Shown here: positions 38,978 through 46,872 of the stretch, piece by piece
Position numbering within the stretch: the first letter of the stretch is position 1
Layout: each line of letters starts with the position of its first letter
Assembly (NCBI GenBank): GCA_965222605.1
Contig: OZ244960.1
Coordinates: 4,736,001-4,800,000 of the forward strand
Reading direction: 5' to 3'
DNA: 64,000 bases
Source: Candidatus Latescibacterota bacterium
Lineage (GTDB): Bacteria; Latescibacterota; UBA2968
The notes under the pieces: model-generated
What the model was told of the DNA's origin: nothing
The model's database searches: none
The model's input: the letters and a program-made list of their open reading frames with translations, nothing else
Position numbers and translations under genes: made by a program

Positions 38978-40369
38978 ATGTCGATACGTATCGTTGTGAT
39001 CGCGCTTGCCACATGCGTGATGTGGAGTTGTGGAGTTGAGCGCGTGACGCAGTTGCAGGAGACAGAGACAAACGGTCAGGTCGGACAGCGACTGAGTAAA
39101 TTGACCGCGCAACACGATGCCTTACAGGCGGTGGTGATGTTTACCCTATCGCAGGATGGCACCCCAGTGACCGGTGCAGCTATAGAATTTGCGCGGTCTA
39201 TTGCTGGACGGGCTCCAGACTATCAGTGGTCGGGCACAACCGATGAGAATGGTCAGGCAGAACTGAAACTTTCAGGGGACAATGTGACGGGTTATTATCA
39301 GGCGCGCTCCTGGAAGGATGAGGTTCAGATCGGTTCATGGTCGAGCATTCCGATTAACGCAGGTTACAAGGTGTTGCTGGATTTGCCCATTGGTGGGAAG
39401 GCTCGCGTGACAGGCTCATCCGCGCTGGTAGAGCCTAAAGAGACCATCGTTTTCAGCGACCTGAACTGGGCCAGTGTCCAGGTGCAGAACCGCATCGCCC
39501 AGTATATCGTCGAGAAGGGCTACGGCTATCCTACCGACGTGATCTCCGGCACCACGATACCCCTGCTTGGGAGACTACGCAGAGGCGACACCCACGTTAC
39601 TATGGAGATCTGGCTGCCCAACCAGGAAGAAGACTGGGTAGAAGCTCAAGCCGCTGGCGAAGTGATTCTCGTGGGCCCAAGCCTGGGCAAGGACTGGCAG
39701 TCGGCGTTTGTCATTCCCGCGTATCTCCAGGAGCAGTATCCCGACCTGGACAGCGTAGATGATCTCAAGGACGACCGCTTCAAGAACCTGTTTGTGACCG
39801 CGGAGACTGGAGGCAAAGCGCGCCTGATGTCCTGCGTTATCGGCTGGAGCTGCGCGGAGATCAATGTCGCCCAGGTCAAAGGCTACGGCCTATCTGACCA
39901 CGTACATATCGTCACCCCCGAGGATGCCGCCGCTCTGAACGCCGACCTGTACAGTGCCTACGAGAAACGCGAGCCCTGGCTCGGCTACCAGTGGGGCACC
40001 AATGACCCGGCCTTGCTCCTGGACCTGGTACGGCTCGAGGAGCCCGCATACAGCGACGAGTGCTGGTCTACGAACAAGGCCTGCGCCTACGAAGACGCAA
40101 CGATCCTGATTGCGGTGCATTCCAGTCTGCCGGCCAGGGCCGCGGACGTCGTCGAGATGCTGCGGGCCTGGAGCCTCGACATCAACCTCTACAAAGAAGT
40201 TGCCGCTTGGCAGCACGATAACCCGGAGGCCAGCACGAACGACGCAGCTCTCTGGTGGTTGCGCTCCAAAGCCGACCTTTGGAGCGGCTGGGTTACCAGC
40301 AATGCCGCTGCCGCCATCCAGGCCGCCCTCGCCGCCAACGAAATACCCGATGGCTGGCCGAAAGAGTAG
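38978..40369 (+). CDS. Glycine betaine/proline-type ABC substrate-binding lipoprotein with extra N-terminal beta-rich domain
   Basis: Lipobox MWSC; from about 39435 FSDLNWAS...EIWLPNQ...CVIGWSC (ProX/OpuAC-like); AGGAGG SD. Confidence 0.85.
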   Translation: MSIRIVVIALATCVMWSCGVERVTQLQETETNGQVGQRLSKLTAQHDALQAVVMFTLSQDGTPVTGAAIEFARSIAGRAPDYQWSGTTDENGQAELKLSGDNVTGYYQARSWKDEVQIGSWSSIPINAGYKVLLDLPIGGKARVTGSSALVEPKETIVFSDLNWASVQVQNRIAQYIVEKGYGYPTDVISGTTIPLLGRLRRGDTHVTMEIWLPNQEEDWVEAQAAGEVILVGPSLGKDWQSAFVIPAYLQEQYPDLDSVDDLKDDRFKNLFVTAETGGKARLMSCVIGWSCAEINVAQVKGYGLSDHVHIVTPEDAAALNADLYSAYEKREPWLGYQWGTNDPALLLDLVRLEEPAYSDECWSTNKACAYEDATILIAVHSSLPARAADVVEMLRAWSLDINLYKEVAAWQHDNPEASTNDAALWWLRSKADLWSGWVTSNAAAAIQAALAANEIPDGWPKE

Positions 40370-40385
40370 CCCCGCGCCTGTCTCA

Positions 40386-40416
40386 AAAGGGCTTATGATC
40401 AAATCATAAGCCCTTT
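40386..40416. terminator. Bidirectional terminator
   Basis: Perfect 14-bp stem AAAGGGCTTATGAT-CAA-ATCATAAGCCCTTT. Confidence 0.85.
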
Positions 40417-40446
40417 GTTAATGATGGTCTTGCAAGGGTAACAAAC

Positions 40447-41421
40447 CTATCGTCCGGATTCCAGGTTCACGGAAACGGCGTTCAATCTGTCTCGCAATGC
40501 GGCATCCAGAACCCATCCCACGCCCCCGATATTGTCTTCTAAATGCGCGATGGTGTCGCCACCTGTAATTGCTACGGTCACTTCGGGGTGCGATAGGACC
40601 CATGATAGGGCGACTTGTCCCGGCGTTTTGTCCAGTTCATCTGCTATATCAAACAGGGTTGTTAGAACTTTTCCCTCTGCGCCCGCCATCATGGTTTCGT
40701 ATTGGTGCATTTGGCGTTTTGCCCACAGCGAACCTTCGGGTGGAGGTGCGTCGGGTTTGTAAAATCCGCTCAACAGTCCCACGGCTAACGGACTGTAAAC
40801 CATCACTCCCAGACCCTCGCTTCGCACAAAGGGAAAAATCTCTCGCTCCAATGCGCGGTGTAGCAAATTGTAAGGATTCTGCATGCACATATAAGGCACC
40901 AGATTCAATGTGTGTTGAATCCAGAGTGCTTTGCACGCTTGCCATGCCGAATGGTTGCAGCACCCGATATAGCGCACTTTGCCCTGATGTACCAGATCGT
41001 CCAATGCGCGTGCGGTTTCTTCAATCGGTGCCGATTCATCGAAGTTATGCACGAGATACACGTCGATACAATCGATGTCCAATCGGTTCAGCGATCGCTC
41101 TACTTCTCGCATGATGTGATAGCGGGATAGACCTTGATCATTTGGTCCCGCGCCGACGCGGCTAAATACTTTCGAGGTAATCACCACATCGTCGCGCTTG
41201 CCCTTCAAAGCTTTGCCCAGCACGACTTCTGAACGCCCGATATGCGTGCGATCATCACCGGGACCATAGGTATTGGCGCAGTCGATCAGGTTTATGCCCA
41301 GATCTATCGCCCGCTCAATAACCCTTTGACCTTCTGCCTCGTCTGCCTGTCCGCGAAATCCCAGACCCAGTGCCAGCCGACTTACTTTTACACCCGCAGA
41401 ACCAAAGTTGACATATTCCAT
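40447..41421 (-). CDS. Aldo/keto reductase
   Basis: IDCANTYG, ITSK, GLSRYHI, YSPLAVG. Confidence 0.95.
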   Translation of the reverse strand: MEYVNFGSAGVKVSRLALGLGFRGQADEAEGQRVIERAIDLGINLIDCANTYGPGDDRTHIGRSEVVLGKALKGKRDDVVITSKVFSRVGAGPNDQGLSRYHIMREVERSLNRLDIDCIDVYLVHNFDESAPIEETARALDDLVHQGKVRYIGCCNHSAWQACKALWIQHTLNLVPYMCMQNPYNLLHRALEREIFPFVRSEGLGVMVYSPLAVGLLSGFYKPDAPPPEGSLWAKRQMHQYETMMAGAEGKVLTTLFDIADELDKTPGQVALSWVLSHPEVTVAITGGDTIAHLEDNIGGVGWVLDAALRDRLNAVSVNLESGR

Positions 41422-41443
41422 AAAATCTGCTCCCGTTAATTAT

Positions 41444-42751
41444 TCATATTTTTGCCAATAAGCTCGGTGCGAGTTTATCCCTTGTTTTGTGTGCCCAGGC
41501 TTGCAGGTGGGTTTTCAAATTTGCGGCGGTTTCAGAGCTTGCCATCTCTTGCCAGCGGTTTTGTCGTTCACCCGGATCGCTGGGCAAGTGATACAGTTCG
41601 GGTTTTCTAACGGTTGACAAAATTAGTTTCCAATCGCCTGACACCACACACCGCTCTTCTCCTTTAGCGAGATCGGGCTGATTGGGGCGTCCTCTTTTTT
41701 TGTCGATAAATGGCGTGTTTACCATGACGAGTGCCTCGCGCCCTGTTTTGCCGCCCTGTCGGATTGAATCGCTCAGATTTAGACCGTCGAGGCCCTCGGG
41801 CACCGCATATCCCATAAGGCCGAGGATCGTCGGTGTCAAATCGACCGAACTGATGAGGGATTCGCCGATTCCGCCGCTGGAAATTGCCGCGGGGAATCGC
41901 ATGAGCATGGGAATGCGTGCGGCGATATCATAACAGAGGCGTTTGCTGTGGTCATTCCAGCGGTGGTCAAAGTGGTGACCGTGTTCGGTCGTAAAGACGA
42001 CGAGGGTATTTTCTGCAATCCCTTTGTCATCGAGTGTTTTCAACAGATCACCCACCGCATCATCAACCGCTGTACACATCGCGTAGTACTTGCGTCGTTT
42101 TTCGTCATTGGGGTAGAGCTTCTGATAAAGTGCTTCGTATTTTTTGGGGACAGAATAAGGCGGATGGGGAGGATAATAGGACACATAAGCGCAGAATGGA
42201 CGCGCGTCATCTTTGCGAATAAAATCAATGGTGTCTTGTGTCAGCACATCCGTTTGATACACTTTTTTGTCGCCGATTGTGTAGTAATGCCCTTGTCCAC
42301 GGCCATCGCCGGGATATGTGGGCATTGTCTCCCAGGCGTCTCGCGCGGGGTCTCCCAGGTGCCATTTGCCAAAGTAGGCGCACCGATATCCCATAGATTT
42401 GAGAAAGTCTGGCAAAAGCGGTATTTTTGGGTTCAAATCCCATGTGTTTTCGAGCACTCCGTGATTGTGTGGATAAAGGCCCGAGACTATTGCGCCGCGA
42501 TTTGGCGCGCAGACGGGTTGTGCGGTATATGCCCTGTCGAATCGCATTCCGTCCGATGCCAACCGATCCAGATTGGGCGTTATAATTCCTTTTTTTCCAT
42601 AACATCCCACGCCATCTTGCCGGTGTTGGTCCGTCAAGATGAATAGCAGATTGGGTTTCGGTTCCGCAGCCGTCACGCCCATCATCGACAATCCCACAGC
42701 CGCGCTACTAACTGCTCCTAAGAAATCTCTCCGCGATACATTTTGTGCCAT
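41444..42751 (-). CDS. Tat-exported sulfatase
   Basis: SRRDFL twin-arginine signal, PNLLFILTDQHR, CAPNR, GKWHLG. Confidence 0.93.
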   Translation of the reverse strand: MAQNVSRRDFLGAVSSAAVGLSMMGVTAAEPKPNLLFILTDQHRQDGVGCYGKKGIITPNLDRLASDGMRFDRAYTAQPVCAPNRGAIVSGLYPHNHGVLENTWDLNPKIPLLPDFLKSMGYRCAYFGKWHLGDPARDAWETMPTYPGDGRGQGHYYTIGDKKVYQTDVLTQDTIDFIRKDDARPFCAYVSYYPPHPPYSVPKKYEALYQKLYPNDEKRRKYYAMCTAVDDAVGDLLKTLDDKGIAENTLVVFTTEHGHHFDHRWNDHSKRLCYDIAARIPMLMRFPAAISSGGIGESLISSVDLTPTILGLMGYAVPEGLDGLNLSDSIRQGGKTGREALVMVNTPFIDKKRGRPNQPDLAKGEERCVVSGDWKLILSTVRKPELYHLPSDPGERQNRWQEMASSETAANLKTHLQAWAHKTRDKLAPSLLAKI

Positions 42752-42752
42752 A

Positions 42753-43766
42753 TCAATTCCCATCACACTTCACTAATCGCTTGCCAATATTATCACCTCG
42801 CAGCATGCCGATAAATGCACGGGGCGCGTTTTCCAGACCTTCGACAATATCTTCCCGGTAATTGAGCCGGCCTTCTTTTAGCCAGGCCGACATTTGCTGT
42901 AACCCCTCGGCGTGTTGATCTGCGAAATCGCTCACTAAAAATCCCTGCATCCGCAACCGCTTGCCAATAAAACCGCCCATCATCCGAGGTCCCATTTCCG
43001 GTTCGATGAGGTTGTATTGTGAAATTTGTCCGCAAACGGAAATCCGGCCCCACATGTTCATAAGAGAAAAGACCGCATCGGTAATGCTTCCGCCCACGTT
43101 GTCAAAATACACATCGACGCCATTGGGGCATAAGCGTTGTAATTCGGCGCGATAATCCGCTGTGGTTTTGTAATTGAACGCGCCGTCAAAACCCAGGCCG
43201 TCAAGGACGTATCCCACTTTCTCATCGCTGCCAGCTATGCCAATGGCGCGACATCCTTTGATTTTTGCAATTTGCCCGACCAGCGATCCCACGGCACCGG
43301 CTGCTGCCGCAACCACTACGGTCTCGCCGGCTTTGGGTTTACCGACTTCTAACAAACCAAAATAGGCTGTCAATCCCGGCATGCCGAGAATGCCGAGTGC
43401 GGTTGAAACGGGTCCCATCGAAGGATCTATTTTTCGGAGGCCCTGTGCTGCTGAAATCCCGTAAGTCTGCCATCCGTGATCGGACCAGACAATATCACCG
43501 ATATCGAAGTTGGGATCGTTGGATGCGATTACTTCGCTTACACTCCGCCCAATCATAACCGCACCAATTTCTACATTTGGCGCGTAGGATTTTCGATCAT
43601 TGATGCGCCCGCGCATGTAGGGGTCAACGGAGAGGTACTGCGTTTTCAAGAGGAGTTCTCCTTCACCGGGTTCGGGAATGGGCGATTCTTCAATTGAGAA
43701 GTCGGATGTTTTGGGATAGCCGACTGGACGCGCAGCCAATCGAATTTGAATATTCTTTTTTGCCAT
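42753..43766 (-). CDS. NADP-dependent alkenal reductase, paralogue of 35027-36028
   Basis: SVDPYMRGR, LGMPGLTAYFGLLEVG, DNVGG. Confidence 0.95.
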   Translation of the reverse strand: MAKKNIQIRLAARPVGYPKTSDFSIEESPIPEPGEGELLLKTQYLSVDPYMRGRINDRKSYAPNVEIGAVMIGRSVSEVIASNDPNFDIGDIVWSDHGWQTYGISAAQGLRKIDPSMGPVSTALGILGMPGLTAYFGLLEVGKPKAGETVVVAAAAGAVGSLVGQIAKIKGCRAIGIAGSDEKVGYVLDGLGFDGAFNYKTTADYRAELQRLCPNGVDVYFDNVGGSITDAVFSLMNMWGRISVCGQISQYNLIEPEMGPRMMGGFIGKRLRMQGFLVSDFADQHAEGLQQMSAWLKEGRLNYREDIVEGLENAPRAFIGMLRGDNIGKRLVKCDGN

Positions 43767-43801
43767 AGAAACAATGCTCCTGATTTTGCGGTGGGTGTAT
43801 C

Positions 43802-44836
43802 TCATTCTGCATAAACGGCTTCTCGCAAGCCTTTCAGATATCCGACGGCAAATAGTCGCGCGATGCCGTGTTCGTCGCCAAAGTGGTCATCCCCCATTTT
43901 GGGATAGTGGTCTGGACGGCAAACGCCGTCAAAGCCAATGTCTCGATAGGCGCGCAAACACGCGACGAGGTCTGTTTTTCCATCGTCGTGAAATGCTTCT
44001 TCGAATTTATCGGGTTGACCGACAACATCGCGAATGTGCAAGAAGTGGATTTTTTTCTGTTCGCCAAAGTGCCGGATGACCGAGGGCAAATCGTCAGTCA
44101 TCAGTGTAAAATTGCCCTGGCAAAGTCCAATGCCATTCATTGGACTCGGCACGATATCAACGAGTTTTTGGTAGTTTTTAACGCTGCTCATAATGCGCGC
44201 AATACCGCGGATGGGCGACAGCGGTGGGTCGTCGGGATGCAGGGCCAGTTTGACGTTGGCCTCTTCGGCCACGGGTACAATGCGCTCCAGAAAATACTTC
44301 AGATTGACCCACTGTTGCTCCTCTGTCACGGACGCCGCGGGGATCTCTTGCTCGGCTATTGGCACGCCGTCAATATTGTGTATGGGACGCTCGGCAGGGT
44401 TGCCTTGTGATTCCAGTGCTTCGAGATCAAATCCGCTTACATGCGCGCCACCCCGAGAGGAAATGGATCGAGATGTACGCATAACCCCCAGAATAGGCAT
44501 CCACGCATAGCACCACACGGGGATTTCGAGTTTGCCCATGTTCCTGAGCAGTTCACATACCACCTCAATTTCTTCGTCTCGTCCGGGCAGTCCCAATTTG
44601 ATCTTTTCCATGGGCGGCCGCGATTCAATAACCTCAAGGGATATTCCGCTTGCTTCGTAAGCGGCTTTTGCTTTTGCCAGCGATGTGTAACTCCAGGGCT
44701 GTTCTTCCGGCTCTGCGTCCGGTTTTGGGCGCAATGTTATGCCCCCAACCGCACCTTCGACCCCGCATTGTTTCATGAGCGTCCACCGCTGATTGGCTTG
44801 TGGTGGCGCCAGAATAGCAATTCTCAGCATGACCAT
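43802..44836 (-). CDS. uxuA: Mannonate dehydratase family
   Basis: LALHPDDPP, HIRDV, RPDH, LFAVGYLKGL. Confidence 0.88.
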   Translation of the reverse strand: MVMLRIAILAPPQANQRWTLMKQCGVEGAVGGITLRPKPDAEPEEQPWSYTSLAKAKAAYEASGISLEVIESRPPMEKIKLGLPGRDEEIEVVCELLRNMGKLEIPVWCYAWMPILGVMRTSRSISSRGGAHVSGFDLEALESQGNPAERPIHNIDGVPIAEQEIPAASVTEEQQWVNLKYFLERIVPVAEEANVKLALHPDDPPLSPIRGIARIMSSVKNYQKLVDIVPSPMNGIGLCQGNFTLMTDDLPSVIRHFGEQKKIHFLHIRDVVGQPDKFEEAFHDDGKTDLVACLRAYRDIGFDGVCRPDHYPKMGDDHFGDEHGIARLFAVGYLKGLREAVYAE

Positions 44837-45020
44837 TTCCTTTCACTGTTGATGTTTACGCCATCTCCGTCGCTGTCCAATATATGCAGACCGAATGCGA
44901 CATGCCATAAAAAATCCATCGTCAATAGCGCGGTCTAAATGGCTTTTGGGAAGTTGTGCTCTTATATATATTGGCAATGACAAAAGGCAATCACTATCTG
45001 GCAGACCAGGAGGCTCTGTT

Positions 45021-46154
45021 ATGACCTATAAACTGCTGGCGCAGTTGTACCCCGCTTGGAAAATCTTCGCTGTTATCCTGCTGATTACACCACCTCTGTT
45101 TGCCCAGGAGCAATCCGAAAATCGCAACCAGAGCGCGGCGGAGCGGTTTTTTGCACGCAATGACAAAAATAAAGACGGCAAATTGTCGCGGGAGGAATTT
45201 CCCGAACGACAGCGCCGTCTGTTTGAGCAAATTGACACAGATAAAGATGGCTTTGTCACACTTGAAGAAGATATTTTTTATCGCAATAATCGACGGAGGA
45301 ATACCGTGAACATTCCAGAAGGTGTAACTGTCCACCGAGACCTGATCTACGGACGAGTTGGGGAAAGAGAACTTCCCCTCGATCTCTATCTTCCGCCCGA
45401 TACATCATCTGCTGTGCCCGTGGTGATATGGATTCACGGGGGTGGTTGGCGTGGGGGATCCAAAGGCAATGGCGGGCGGGCACTCAATATGACTAAGCGC
45501 GGATTTGCCGTGGTTGATGTAGAATATCGACTCAGCGGCGAAGCTCTCTTTCCAGCGCAAATTGAAGACTGCAAAACAGCTGTGCGCTGGGTGAGAGCAA
45601 ATGCAAAAAAATACAATCTCGACCCCGACCGCATCGGCGCGTGGGGGTCGTCTGCTGGAGGACATCTCGTGGCGATGATGGGATTAACGCATGATGAAAA
45701 TGTATTTGAAACGGATGATCACAGCCAATATTCGAGCCAGGTACAGGTGATATGCAATTGGTTTGGCCCTACAGATTTTTTGCGTATGAATGATTTTGAA
45801 GGCCGAATTGATCACGATGCAGCCGATTCGCCCGAGTCCAGATTGATTGGTGGCCCCATTCAGGAAAATAAGGAGAAGGTCGCTGCGGCCAATCCCATTA
45901 CTTATGTCAGCAAAAACGACCCGCCCATGCTCATCATGCACGGGGAGAAAGATCAGTCGGTTCCCTATAACCAGAGCGAATTGCTCTATGCCGCGATGCA
46001 AAAAGTGGGTTTGGATGTCACGCTCTACAAGGTTGTCAATGCCGATCACGGCTTTCGCAATGCCACGCAAGATAGTGCGGCATCGCTTTTTGAAATGTCC
46101 GCTCAATTTTTAGAAAAACATCTCAAATCTCAAACTGATGCCGCATCGCCATAA
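45021..46154 (+). CDS. Secreted alpha/beta hydrolase (esterase) with N-terminal EF-hand pair
   Basis: Signal peptide; [12 protein letters not shown] and [12 protein letters not shown]; [19 protein letters not shown]. Confidence 0.9.
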   Translation: MTYKLLAQLYPAWKIFAVILLITPPLFAQEQSENRNQSAAERFFARNDKNKDGKLSREEFPERQRRLFEQIDTDKDGFVTLEEDIFYRNNRRRNTVNIPEGVTVHRDLIYGRVGERELPLDLYLPPDTSSAVPVVIWIHGGGWRGGSKGNGGRALNMTKRGFAVVDVEYRLSGEALFPAQIEDCKTAVRWVRANAKKYNLDPDRIGAWGSSAGGHLVAMMGLTHDENVFETDDHSQYSSQVQVICNWFGPTDFLRMNDFEGRIDHDAADSPESRLIGGPIQENKEKVAAANPITYVSKNDPPMLIMHGEKDQSVPYNQSELLYAAMQKVGLDVTLYKVVNADHGFRNATQDSAASLFEMSAQFLEKHLKSQTDAASP

Positions 46155-46159
46155 GAATG

Positions 46160-46200
46160 AAAAAGCCCTGTGGATGAAGTTCCACAAGGCTCTTGTTTTT
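46160..46200. terminator. Terminator between convergent genes
   Basis: AGCCCTGTGGA...TCCACAAGGCT with flanking A and T runs. Confidence 0.65.
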
Positions 46201-46222
46201 CGAAACGATAGGCATTAGTAAG

Positions 46223-46828
46223 TCAACGAAACTCCAAACTCGCCACAATTTGCTCATATTCGGATCGCGGATAGCCGGCGTCCCGGCTGCCATTACCGAT
46301 CATGTAATACCCCACCTGATTGTGGATGGCTATGGCTACGAGAAATCGGGTGCCGGGATATGCTCGGTTGGAGCGTTCCAGTTGAGAATAGCGGAATTGC
46401 CACTGAATTGCCTCGCCCACCTTGAGTGGGACGCGCTGTTTTTCGCCAATGACCTGATATTGATTAAATGCCCGCATTAGATACTGCTCTTCAAAATTCT
46501 GAACGAGTCGATCCAGTGTCATTGTGGTGAAGCCAGCTGGTAGTGCTTGTGGCTCCAGGCGCATTTGCGGACGAAATTCACCTGTAAATGCAGGACTGAG
46601 AATGCGTACGGTTACAGGTGATAAACCATTGATATCTCTTTGTGATGTAAGGGTTGCTACATCGATACCCCATTGGTCGCTGGGACGACTGATTTGAAAT
46701 CCCCATGAGTTGTTGACATACACAAGCCCGTCTAAACTGGTTTCAGGCTCTGTGGGGATTGGCTTACACCCAGAAGTTGCCAACAGGCTACACAGCGCGA
46801 AAGCGCAAAATATTCGGGCGCGTATCAT
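46223..46828 (-). CDS. Hypothetical lipoprotein
   Basis: GAGGAG SD, signal peptide with lipobox TSGC. Confidence 0.7.
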   Translation of the reverse strand: MIRARIFCAFALCSLLATSGCKPIPTEPETSLDGLVYVNNSWGFQISRPSDQWGIDVATLTSQRDINGLSPVTVRILSPAFTGEFRPQMRLEPQALPAGFTTMTLDRLVQNFEEQYLMRAFNQYQVIGEKQRVPLKVGEAIQWQFRYSQLERSNRAYPGTRFLVAIAIHNQVGYYMIGNGSRDAGYPRSEYEQIVASLEFR

Positions 46829-46872
46829 ATCAATCTCCTCATTGATCAATCGCGAAAGCGGACAAGTACTTA

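Noticed and set aside
35027-43766. Two CurA-like paralogues as an inverted-repeat mobile element
   Set aside because: Diverged coding paralogues only; I saw no shared flanks, target duplications or recombinase.
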